Part shown: positions 12,485 to 23,916 of the stretch, piece by piece
Numbering within the stretch: position 1 is the first letter of the stretch
Layout of the letters: each line of letters begins with the position of its first letter
Assembly: GCA_048128005.1 (NCBI GenBank)
Contig: JBEUKZ010000008.1
Coordinates: 496,001-560,000 of the forward strand
DNA length: 64,000 bases
Origin: Veleropilina oligotropha
Lineage: Eukaryota
Direction of reading: 5' to 3'
The notes under the pieces: model-generated
Told to the model about the DNA's origin: nothing
Database searches by the model: none
Seen by the model: the letters and a program-made list of their open reading frames with translations, nothing else
Made by a program: the position numbers and the translations under genes

Positions 12485-13264
12485 CATGATTGAGAAGGAT
12501 TCCCTCTGCGTACAGACATATTCATTTGGATCCTCCGGATTCTGACTTATATTAATCAGCTTAACGATCTCTTCCCATTTTGATTTCCAGGATATTTCCC
12601 TGCTCTGGTAACGAGTTCCCGATACCACTGATGGGCTGACTCCATACATTGAATCTCTGCCATTCCAATGGCCAATTTCATGCAATTCATCGTCCGTCTC
12701 CATTTCAGCAATGTTCATGCATTCGTCGACAACTCGAATGCATTCCGCAGGAGAAATTTCTTCATCATAGCCACTTTCTTCGGAAAACACATTGTCTGAC
12801 ATTGGACTAGATGAAAATCCAGGACTTTTGTCATCACGAAATTTGTCATTAGCAGTTAAATTACCGGTTAAATCCAGGCCCATGCAACTCTGACGTTTCA
12901 ATATTGGTCGTAATGTCATGCTTTCTCCGACACTTCCATTCGTATCACTCACAGATTTAATAATTCTTTCTTTCTCGTTTACTTTTTTGCCTTTTTTGCT
13001 CGAAAAACTGACTGTTTTCTGCTTCTTTTTCTTGTTTTTCCTGACCTGGTCCGGAGGCGGAATTTCTGTATCCAGACCGCTCTCCCCCGTTAATGGGCTT
13101 CTCCTTTCCGCATTGGTGATCATGGTCTGTACGGACACGAAGGGACTGTCCCATTTAAACAGCGCATTTTCTGGACTTTCCTCCGGAGTGACAACCTGCT
13201 TTGACTTCTTCTTGGATCCCAGAATTCCAAGCCTCATTCTGGAAGTCTTCTTTTGACGAGGCAT
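12485..13264 (-). CDS. Probable first coding exon of an unidentified host gene (260 codons, Lys/Ser/Glu-rich N-terminus)
   Basis: Long non-repetitive ORF starting at AAAATG (MPRQKK...); strong donor ATG|GTAAGA at 12485/12484 (phase 0), after which the ORF runs into AT-rich sequence. No domain recognised. Confidence 0.7.
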
Positions 13265-16200
13265 TTTACAACTTTCCTATGCTCAACTTAACAGAATATA
13301 TAAACATTATATTACCCTGCATGGTGAAGCGTTAATTCTTTCAAGCATAATATTATACCGTTGTTGGTCAAATATTTTTTTCGTCCATACATGAATGCGC
13401 ATGCGGCACGCATGATCTAAACTACAACCAACAGTGAAACATTTATCGAAATGGATAAATTGAAGAAACACGTCTTTGTATGTGTCATACTAAATCAGAT
13501 TCGTGTAGAATTAGTCCATTCAAAATGCATAAATGTAACCTTGCGTTCTTTCATAGGCAATAATCCACCTTGTAAAGAGATCACCTTGAATTATAGATCC
13601 ATTCATCAAAGAGTCTAATATCTACTCCTTACAATGGACTCGGTTGTGGTGCCCAGCAAAACCGTGTTTATCGTACCATGCAGAACTGAGAGGAGTTAAA
13701 AGAAGATTACGACCAACATGCACGCATAGGAGACTGTAGTCCTCTTGACACAATCTTTGAACAAGAAGTCGCATCACTGGATTATACGCTGTTGCCAACA
13801 GCAGCCGTTTCATTGTCTCTCATCATGAACAACTAAATTGTACAAATATTGTTGACACTCTTTTCTGTTCCTTGTGGTTGCATGATATCATATATAATCA
13901 TGCATGACCCGGTAAACTGTATGGACTGCATAAGTTCATAATGGTGGTATTAACCGATCCGGTAATAAACCAGTCAAATTGTCGGCTCAGATATAAATCC
14001 ACTGGCTTATCTCCAAGTAGCGATTAACAGCTGAGATCAGAGGTCAACATGCTCACCGACCCAGGTGAGTACCTTTTGTGGGTCGCTGCTCCTTGAAGTC
14101 ACCTTTGAAGTCTAGTATTTGATCAAATTTCAAAAGATTAATCTCTACAGGTCAACTCCCATATATTAATATATCCATTTGCTGATGGTCAAACTCAGAA
14201 GACATTGAATTGTTCAAAATTGTTAATGGTGTTTCAAGGATATATTTGAAAGCGTCCAATTACTTCAACATTTATAGCAATAAACAATATTAATGATAAA
14301 TTTAATGAACTTTGATTAGTTATTATTATAAAAAATTATAATTATCAATATACAAGTCATACAGTTGCAACTAGTATTTCACATTTTCATTTTGAAGGGC
14401 ATTTTTTTTCGTTAACGTTTTTTGTTTTTTCTGTTAGCTGCTGCATATATGGACTACATGTATAAGTATTTGAGAAAACTTGTTTTGCAGGCTAGGAAAT
14501 GTATCAATTTGTCGCTTAATTAATAAATCATTGAATACTTGATAGTGAAGTGCACAAAATTTCCTTTAGCCTGCTATTTGATCCGCTAACTGTTCCGGCG
14601 TTGCACAAAGAACCTGAAACAGTATCACAATCAACTTCCAGCAGTTCTGTTTAAATCTTAATCGATCACCAGCGGCTCTGTACAAATCGTAATCAGACAG
14701 AACCGTATTGTGATGCCCAGACACGTTTATTCTGCTAAATAGCTATGCAAAATTCCTGTATCTATTGTACAAATATAGAATTAAATCATGCATTAGTCTA
14801 CACAGTTTGACGTTTGCATTGAAATTAAAGGTTTATGTTATTTGTTATGACGGCTGGGTTTATAATTTAAAGAATTTATGTCTTAACCCGAATGGTAATT
14901 ATAACTTACTATATTCTCATTATTATATATTGCATAAATGTTATATATAATTCCATTTAATTGACAAGTGTAGAAACAACATACATTATCATCAACAATT
15001 TGAATGCTATTCAAGGGTGAGTCTTTCAAATGAAATTAATTTAAATTTATAACTACAGCTATAGAGGAATATTTAATGAATTTCACCAATAATAGGAAGG
15101 ATCCTAGACAACACATTAACTAAATACTTCTCCGAATGGTATTTCACTTCAAAGAGACGTTTCAAATCCATTCAGCATCCAACAACAGTCTGGCTCGCTG
15201 TGACTCATCATTTAAGTGCTAACAAATAAACTTCGTGTTCGCCGAAGAACGTTTCTTTTTCCGAAACCACGAAATAATCTGCAAATTGAGATAATCCACA
15301 CGATTTTTGTCCGTTAAAATATCCACAGCAGTATTATAATAGTATTCCAATGTGAGATATTATAGCTTGCTTCACAGTTGCCGATTCATCGGTCCTCTTG
15401 ATATCAAATACGGTGTCGATGCGATGCCCTGTAGTCTCCATTATCAATGAATCCGTCTCACCTGTGGGAGATCGTGTTGCCGTGGTATCTAGTATCGACA
15501 AAACGCGAACATATACCGAGACAATCAAACGGGCCGGGTGTGAACAGGTTCGCTCAGCAGGCTTGTGTTTCGAAAAGGACTTGCAGAATGTAACGCACAA
15601 AACACAGAAGAGATAACTTGCCGTGCTTGAGGGGTATGCTCGGGGACGGTCGAGAGACTATAATTGTGATTTTAATAAGCCATCACAATGTGGTGCAGTA
15701 ACAGAGGCCTCTCTGTTATCTACTGTTGCAGCAGATATAGCGTGGCGATACGCTAGACTGGATTACACACGACACATTATTCTATAGCGACATTTGAATA
15801 TATATAGTGACATTTGAAGCTACCGAACGTCTACGATTTCAGGTATTGATAAATGCAATGTGCAGCGAATTAAAAACCAATGACAACTCAACATACGGTA
15901 CTCAATAGGACGTTTGATACCTAGGTGTATGCCAACTCTCGTGGGATTTGAACATAAAACCACCAATCTGGATTGAATGAAGCCTTTGACACTAGTACTG
16001 TCTTGCATCAATAAAAGAAACCGGTTGGCCTCTAACCAAAACAGTGAAATAAATGGAGTAAAATAACAAATAGACAAATGTAAATATTATCAAAAGACAG
16101 ATCCATGGGCACCAATACAGCTGCGCTACACGGTTGTGAAATTGTGTATAATTATTGGTCCGTCTTTCTGTGTAGGGCAGAGAGTAAACATCATAACGAT

Positions 16201-16468
16201 ACATTAATCATTTTTATCATTTTTTTTCATTTCGTGTATAGCAAGCTTACTAAAATCTTATCGCGTTAACCAACCGGAAGAGTAGCATTCAGCAATTTAG
16301 CATTCTGACCACTGAAACAAATTATAATTCCAAACGTTTAATTCCTCATGATCTATTGATATTGTAAAGTTGAAAACCGAATGTTTTCTTCGAGGTGAAC
16401 ATTAGCAGGAGCAGCATTTTCAATATCTTAAATGTCACCCCACCATATGCATCCTTCCCTTCAATAGT

Positions 16469-17555
16469 AACAAGAGCCCGTTAGGAAACGGATTCATCCC
16501 CCGCCTTCCGCATTCACTCTGATATAAACTTGGCCTCTTCGGCAGCACAGTGGGTAGAGTGTCCACTCTAAATTCATTGGCTTGATTCCGCTAATGCGAA
16601 CAGTAGTGGGTTCAATACCTGGCAGAGGCATTGAAATTTGTTCAAGTTATGAATCACAGTTGTGCGTGACTGGCCGAAGAGGGCGGGTTTACCCGGGCGA
16701 CCGGGGTTTCCTCCCGCGATAACACGGACATGTCCTGCCTTGAAGCTCGATGTTGTAAATATACAGGATATTAAGCATCATTCCTCCGTTCCTCCTGATA
16801 TAAACTTTAACCAAAATTTCTATGTCCCAACACATCATCTTTCTTCAATATTTATACAAAATAAAATTCAATATCATTGCTAGAGCAAAAGGTGGTATCA
16901 ATATAAGCATCACCAAAGAATATGTATGCAATAATGGAACAGAACGGAAATTCACTCATCTTTAACAAAAATGTAGATGTCCACAAACACTAATTTCACA
17001 TGTTATTTATATTATAAATTACATGCAGATGAGGAAGCAGCATCAATATAGTCAACACTAAAGTATATGGATGTAAAACAGTGCCTAGAACAACCCATAT
17101 GAGCCCATTGAAAAATTTCAACAAAACTTTGACCAAAATTTCTATGTCCACAAACACCTATTTTTATGCAATAATTATATTAAATTTAATTCAGCATCAC
17201 TTCCATAGTATCAGTTGACATTCATATTATTAATACCAAAGCATGTATACACCAAAATGTTGTTTCAACAACCCATATACACTCAATGAAAAACTTTAAC
17301 CGGAAACTTTAACCAAAATTTCTATGTTCAAAATCACCTACATTTATGCAATAATTATATTAAATTTTATTCAATCTCACTTCCAGAATACCAGGTATCA
17401 TCCATATAATACCTACAAAAGCATATATATGCCAAAAAGTATCATGGGCAAGCTATATACACTCAAATCAAAACTTTAACCAAATTGTTTACGGACGTAC
17501 GGACGGACGGACATGGCAACAACAATATCCCCCGCTACCCTTCGGGCAGGGGATA
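16469..17555 (-). mobile_element. HINE/DINE-1-like element, family 2, containing a SINE
   Basis: On the minus strand it begins TATCCCC..GGGGATA plus (GTCC)n and ends with a hairpin and CTCTTGTT; it has internal tandem units and an uninterrupted homologue at 52956-53759. Confidence 0.85.
16532..16794 (+). mobile_element. tRNA-derived SINE (family S1), full length
   Basis: A-box-like CAGCACAGTGG, B-box-like GGTTCAATACC, CCT-rich tail, 13-bp TSD CTGATATAAACTT (16519-16531, 16795-16807); empty site near 53005. Confidence 0.9.
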
Positions 17556-18539
17556 AAAATTGTAAAAAGTCTTCAAGTACTTACTTGATAACAATCAATT
17601 AAAGTCAGAGGAGCAGAGTAGAATCTTTCTGCGTGTGATTTGTATTATGGGATAAACGAAAAATTATGCACCGATTCTCGTCAATCACCAAATTGAAGCT
17701 GAACGCTGTGTCTGCTCAATGCTGTAGACAAAACCATCTGAACATAACTATGAAGACATGAAACTGGGGATCACGAGTTTGACTGAAAAATTGCTTAAAT
17801 GTGGTCATATAACACACATATTCAAACGTATACCAAGTCATATAATACTCAAAGGAAAACCGCGATAGGAGTATAGCAACCTAGATGATATTCGCACATT
17901 TTACAAAATCCTTATTTGGACACAAATTTGACAAAGCAATCCCAACCTATTTGCAAATTAACAAGAGAGTTTTGTTGAAACTAAAATTACAAAGGAACTT
18001 AGTAGCATTTTGAAAATTTGTCTAATTAAATGCTTCCGAAATGACACACATAATGCAGTGCCAAAATTCTAATACATATACCATATAACGTTGATTCTAT
18101 ACTGATATTAAACATATATCAAATTTGATATATATAAATGATTGAAAAATGTTCAATAAATTTACAACTCAATCTCACAAAAATCAATCAACTGATCTTA
18201 TTATTGAAAGTTGGATTATTCATGAATAACGCAGATTAAAATGCCTACAACTATAATATTACATAATTTTATTAAAGAGAAAAATGTTACAAAGTTTATA
18301 CAGTATCCCACAAAACCTCATAGCAATTTTATCTTCACATGAATAATTACTATGATCAAAGGTAATTCTAAGATCTCTCACATAAACTGACTGGAGTTAT
18401 TTCCCTTGTCACATTCTAAACGTCAACTGACATCCTACGTTTACAGACTACAAGCTTTGCCTTGGTCATAATTAGATTCATATGAGCAAGCCGAACTTTG
18501 GGTAAAGTCAAGAATTGGGTAAAGTTTGAAATAGACTGA

Positions 18540-19030
18540 CAGATATTACTCGAAAGAATTACTTGAGATAGTGCTTGGGGAAACAAGAAAGGAATACAAG
18601 AACATGGAGAAATATCCACTGGTCTGATGAAAACAGGACCCAGTGTTGTTCCTCACAGACCGACATATTCTGGTCTGGGGGCATCAAAACATAGCCTCCA
18701 CACCTAGAATATTTAATTGTCCCACAATCCACTTTGGTGGTGGATATGTCATGCATGATCTTGGGTTGCCACATGACTATAAGTTGGACATGGTCACTAA
18801 ATGCAGGAGAATCTAAGTAACAGATGACAGGCACCCATAATTGGATCCGTTCGTTATAGAATTTTGATACACACCATGGGGTTGGTTACGTGAACAATAG
18901 TGTTAATTGACCCATTCTTTCCAACTTGGAAAGCTGGCCAGACTAAATTGAGTGACAATAGATTTGACAAGCTGCCAATGGAAGAGTCGCATCTCATATC
19001 ATGCTCTAGTAGAAGGCGATATAGTGGGCA
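18540..19030 (+). pseudogene. Highly degraded Tc1 transposase fragment
   Basis: The plus strand encodes RTWRNIHWSDENR, FGGGYVM and KLDMVT, matching RTWRRVHWSDESR, FGGGSVM and KMDLLT of the Tc1 at 36429-37450. Confidence 0.7.
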
Positions 19031-19384
19031 ATTGAATGTTTTAAGAGATTACAGCTTGCAATTTACAATAGATTTCCATGGTGTGCATAACAGATAATAC
19101 AGCTGCCACCCCTCGGCATTATAAACATAACAGGCTCGTTCTCATTCGGCCTGTTATGTGTATATAATGCTCGGGCTGGCAGTGTATTATCTATTACATA
19201 ACCACCCACATGCGAGACCGCATCGGCGTTAACAACGTTTCTGCAGAAGATCAACATCGCGTCCCCGGTGGTCGCTCCCATAATTCATCACGAGTCCAGA
19301 CCTCTCTACCCACGACAGCACATCTTGGACATTCAATAGCGGGATCAACCAGTAGCCAATCTACAAGAACTGTCATTGCCAAAT

Positions 19385-19676
19385 GTGCTGTCGTGGCTCA
19401 GTTGGAAGATCATGGACCTGCGACTGCAGAGTTTCCCGTTCGATCCCTGTTCTCAGTCATTTCACTTACAAGTGCAAGGAAAAAAGCATATATTTGACTC
19501 CGTCTTGTAACACAGCTGATCTGAATCGCTACCATCGTGTAAATGACTGTAATTATCCCTGAGGAAGTCGAGATGAAATCTTGAGTGAACAGGCTCATAA
19601 ACAGGGTAATAATGTATAAGTGCATCGAGATGGGTATGTATAAATGCGCTATATAAGAATGAAACATTATTATTAC
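19385..19676 (+). mobile_element. tRNA-derived SINE (family S2) with L2-like tail
   Basis: A box TGGCTCAGTTGG, B box GTTCGATCCC, 3' GCGCTATATAAGAATG followed by (ATT)n. Confidence 0.7.
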
Positions 19677-20034
19677 AATCATTTAACTGGTTCAACATCT
19701 GCACCAAAAATGGCACAATCTACCACAGAAACACTAAAATGAGGTTTTAATTTAAACCTAATATTAGTTAAAACATACTTACGTCCTTACTCTTGCCATA
19801 ATAGTCATATTATCGCTAACCGGAAACAGTGAATAAAGTCACATTTATGCACTAAATAAGTCAAAAATAACCACGACCACCCTCCCTGCTTCCCCTCTCT
19901 AAGTTCCTCCAGCGAGATCTCGCCAAGTCTCGCGAGACATCCGGGCTATCAAGTCACCAGACATCAATTCAAAGTTCAGAACCCCAAAGGAACTTAGTAG
20001 AGGGGAGGAATGCGAAGCAGGGTGGGTAATCGTG

Positions 20035-20124
20035 GTAAGGACGTAAGTATGTTTTAACTAATATTAGGTTTAAATTAAAACCTCATATGTAGTTACAAAC
20101 TTACGTACGTCCTTACTCTTGCCA
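20035..20124. other. DIRS copy B internal complementary region (ICR)
   Basis: Reverse complement of the joined ends ...GTAACTACAT-ATG-AGGTTTT... Confidence 0.93.
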
Positions 20125-20958
20125 GAATAACCTTGGATAGGTGGGTAAGAAGTTCCTTACAGTAAACCCAAACAAGATAATGACTTACTTTTCACCATGT
20201 CAATCAGCTTGAAGCGTCGATTGTGTCCGCCCAGAGTGGAATTTTCTGAGAATTATATTCAACTCTTACCAAGCGAGAATTTCGACCAGTGTTACCGGGA
20301 GAATACGCCGTGGTGTTAGTCGGACGAGGTGAACGGAAGTGCAATCAGCCCCAGGCACGGCCGGAAGGATGAATCCCTGTAGGTCTTACGTGTCATGGGC
20401 CAGTGGCAGCCAAATGGTACTCCTGGCCAAAGGCCGGTAGCCAGAGGATGCAGTCGGATTTGTAAGCACACGGAACCTAATAGGTTGTGAAAGCGTGAAA
20501 TCAAAGCAAAGAATTAATAGATTAAATAAATAATCGATATTAATAATTGATTCGCATGACAAACTTGCGAAACGCTAACATGTACGACATGTCACTTAAA
20601 ATAAATTTTTAAGGAAGCCAATATGTACGACATGTTACTTAAAATAAAATTTAAGGAAGCAAATATTAAATTTTTTCAAATGTCTTGAACATCGTATGTT
20701 CTATACAGCATAGAACATCAATAATATTGAACCTCAAATCAAAATAAGATTTTGCAATATGATTGTTTATTAATTCAATGTAATCTGGCGTGTCAATATA
20801 CTCAGGTATGACATGAAAGTATCAAGATCTTAAAATGTTTTTAAGAAATGAACAGACATTGAATTGCCTCGTATGTGTTCATTTCATAGAACAACTAGGC
20901 CAACAAATAACAATGCGACAGCAAGAATTATGTAAATTGATCAATCAACAAATAATAC

Positions 20959-23916
20959 TCACTGATTAGACGACCTCGGTCTAACAATACAACATTGAGC
21001 AGCCACACACTGTAGGGTGCTCAACCCGTCAGCCCCGGTTGAATAGTCCCGCAGATAATACTTAACAAAGACATTGGCAGTCTTCCAGTAACCCGCTTGA
21101 AGCAACGCTGTAATATTTAAATTATGTCGGAAGGCAATGGACGCAGCGATTGCACGGACCTCGTGCGCGCGCACGGATAAAATAGTGCGGTCTACTTCTT
21201 CACAGCGAGAGTACACATCTCTCACCACCTGTGAAATCCACCGCGAAACAGTAGTCTTTGTAATGTCATGGGTGAAGGAAGGTAAATACGAAATGAATAA
21301 ACGCAATTTTCCTTGTCGTAGATCACGGGTTCTGTCGAGGTAGAAGCGCAGGGCCCGTACGGGGCAATTTAACCGGTCTTCATCATGCCTTCCGACCAGC
21401 GTAAGCTTGGGAATAATAATATCAGGTGCGTCCTCGTTCGGCCGTTGGTTCTTGGCGAGGAAGCCCAGAACAGGACGCAGCATCACCGACCCGTCTGACT
21501 GGAATCTAATATCACGGAGCTCGGCGGATAAGCTATGAATCTCGGAACAACGCCTGCCCGACGCTAAGGCGATCAGAAAAACTGTTTTGTGCGTTAAGTT
21601 CTTCATAGACACCGTGGACATCGGCTCGTACGGGGGTAAGTGTAGAGCGTTAAGAATTAGAACAATATTCCAGGCAGGTGGCCGAATGGTTCGGGTCGGC
21701 ATCTTGAGTTCGTAGGATCGAATAAAATCTGAAATCGTACGGTCGTTAGAGAGGCCAGCATGGGCACGACACTGTTTTAACGTGGTCGCGATCGTTGCCC
21801 GATAGCCTTTGACGGCGGACACTGACATACCGCGGTCGAAGAGCGACGATAAAAACTCGATAAACTTGTTCACAGGGGGACGGAGTATATTGACCTGCCT
21901 GCTGTGACACCAATCCACGTACTTAACCCATCGGTAGTCATAAACTTTTGTCGTGGAAAGCCTTCTCGATCGGTAGATGCGTAGGGCTGTAGCTTTAGAA
22001 AATCCTTTCTTAGCAAGGGATCGTTCGATAACCGCCAGGCGTGTAAACGTAAGTCGTTCGGCGATTCGTGGAGTACACGGGTGCGCGGCTGCATTAACAG
22101 GTCCAGTTTCTGCGGTAGCGCTAACGGTCGATCGACGATCAGATCGAGGAGGGTCGGAAACCAAGGTTGCGTGCGATACAGGGGCGCTATTAGCGTTATC
22201 TCGCAACGTTCGGTCGATGCCTTCTGTAATACCAGTGATAGAATGCACGACGGGGGGAAGGCATACGCGGACAGATTCTCCCATGTCATTGACAGTGCGT
22301 CGACCGCTAGGGCGGCCGGGTCCGGGTACGGGGAGACATACACAGGTAGTCGGTAATTGAATTCTGTTGCAAACAGATCGACTTGGGGTTGCGACCACCG
22401 GCGGCAAACATACCGAGCTACTCGGCTGTGTAGCGTCCACTCTGTGTGTATAATCTGTGATCTCCGAGAGAGCGAATCCGCTCTGACATTCAGCTTTCCC
22501 GGGATGTGTCGGGCTCGAATCGTCGAGTTGAGGGACATCACTAGGCGGTGTAGGTCTATTGCTCGGTCGCAAAGGGGACGCGAGCGAGTGCCGCCCTGGT
22601 GCTGGATGTAAGCGACGACAGTCGTGTTGTCCGTGGCGAGCATTATATGCTTGGAGCGGAGATGTGACGAGAGGGACCGTACTGACAGGTAGATGGCTTC
22701 TAACTCTAGAAAGTTGATGTGTCGTCCCTGAAGGTCCGTCGGCCATAGGCCTGATGTCTCGCGACTGTCGAGGTGACCACCCCAGCCGTCGTTCGAAGCG
22801 TCTGTGAACAGGTAAGCGTTCGGCTCTGGCGGGGAGATAGGAACCGACTGATCCGGCAAAGCAGGGTTCAACCACACTGCTGTTGTGCTGGTAAACCAAT
22901 GCCGTAGATCGATGCGATCCGTCCACTGCCCCGTCCGTTGTATCCAGCGATCCCTGAACGCCTGCTGCAACGGTCGTTTGTCCATGCGACCCGTCGGTAG
23001 CAGGGTCGCTACCGACTCGATGTGCCCTAGGACAGTGGCCAGTCGTCGCGCCGTAGTTATGTCCGATGACAGGGTGTCTTGGATAACCGCGCGTAGGTTC
23101 CGCATACGCTGCTGGGTCGGCTTCGCGGTGTACCGGACCGTATTGAAGTCGACTCCGAGGAACGTAAACGTCGTCGAGGGAACGAAGCAGGATTTTGTCT
23201 CGTTGATCTGAAATCCCAGGCGCTTCGCCGATGACAGGGTAAAGCTCGTAGACTGGAGGCACAGATCCCGGGACGCCCCGAGGATCAGCCAGTCGTCGAG
23301 GTACATATGTACCCTGTGCCCTAGAGAGTGTAGGAAGGCCCCGAGGGCCTGTACTGTTCTCGTGAAGACGTACGGGGCTGACGATAGACCGAACGGTAGG
23401 CACCTGAATTGGTAGATCGTCTCCCCGTGTATAAACCGAAGGTACTGATGAGCCGTGACATGCATCGGGACATGCAGATACGCGTCGGCCAGATCGATAG
23501 ACGCTGCCCAGTCGCCCGGACGGATGGCCGCTCGAATCTTCGAGAGGGTTTCTTGCTGGAATTTCTCGGTACGAAGATATCGGTTGAGATATGAGAGATC
23601 GAGGATCGGTCTCCAGCGGCCATCGGGTTTCGGGACCAGGAAGAAATGGCTGTAAAATCCTGGTGTGCTGGGCGGCGCGGGATATATCGCTCTTTTTAGG
23701 AGCAAATCCCGCACTGCCTGGTCTAAGACCGCTTGTTTCTCTCCGTTTAGGAGACGAGCGTGTCTTGGTGGTGGTGCCTCGGTTAAGGTCGGATGCCGGT
23801 TGAGTGCCAACTTGTATCCGGCACTCACGACTAAGTGGACCCAGTTGCTGTCTGTCAGCTCTAGCCACGACTGGCTGTGCGCTAACAGGCACGCTCCCAC
23901 CGGCGGAAGCGGGCAA
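20959..23916 (-). CDS. DIRS ORF3: C-terminal tyrosine recombinase with a long N-terminal frame overlapping pol
   Basis: Catalytic R...HxxR...W...Y pattern: SGRRCSEI, RAHEVRAIAAS, GYWKTANVFVKYY. The true start is unknown; the listed start codon is TTG. Confidence 0.92.
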   Translation of the reverse strand: MPASAGGSVPVSAQPVVARADRQQLGPLSRECRIQVGTQPASDLNRGTTTKTRSSPKRRETSGLRPGSAGFAPKKSDISRAAQHTRILQPFLPGPETRWPLETDPRSLISQPISSYREIPARNPLEDSSGHPSGRLGSVYRSGRRVSACPDACHGSSVPSVYTRGDDLPIQVPTVRSIVSPVRLHENSTGPRGLPTLSRAQGTYVPRRLADPRGVPGSVPPVYELYPVIGEAPGISDQRDKILLRSLDDVYVPRSRLQYGPVHREADPAAYAEPTRGYPRHPVIGHNYGATTGHCPRAHRVGSDPATDGSHGQTTVAAGVQGSLDTTDGAVDGSHRSTALVYQHNSSVVEPCFAGSVGSYLPARAERLPVHRRFERRLGWSPRQSRDIRPMADGPSGTTHQLSRVRSHLPVSTVPLVTSPLQAYNARHGQHDCRRLHPAPGRHSLASPLRPSNRPTPPSDVPQLDDSSPTHPGKAECQSGFALSEITDYTHRVDATQPSSSVCLPPVVATPSRSVCNRIQLPTTCVCLPVPGPGRPSGRRTVNDMGESVRVCLPPVVHSITGITEGIDRTLRDNANSAPVSHATLVSDPPRSDRRSTVSATAETGPVNAAAHPCTPRIAERLTFTRLAVIERSLAKKGFSKATALRIYRSRRLSTTKVYDYRWVKYVDWCHSRQVNILRPPVNKFIEFLSSLFDRGMSVSAVKGYRATIATTLKQCRAHAGLSNDRTISDFIRSYELKMPTRTIRPPAWNIVLILNALHLPPYEPMSTVSMKNLTHKTVFLIALASGRRCSEIHSLSAELRDIRFQSDGSVMLRPVLGFLAKNQRPNEDAPDIIIPKLTLVGRHDEDRLNCPVRALRFYLDRTRDLRQGKLRLFISYLPSFTHDITKTTVSRWISQVVRDVYSRCEEVDRTILSVRAHEVRAIAASIAFRHNLNITALLQAGYWKTANVFVKYYLRDYSTGADGLSTLQCVAAQCCIVRPRSSNQ

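Noticed and set aside
16532..16630. tRNA gene (also the other SINE heads)
   Set aside because: A and B boxes are present but there is no proper cloverleaf, and each head is followed by a SINE body, tail and TSD.
19722..19741. CACAGAAA upstream of both DIRS insertion sites as a target motif
   Set aside because: The spacing to the ATG differs between the two sites, and two examples are too few.
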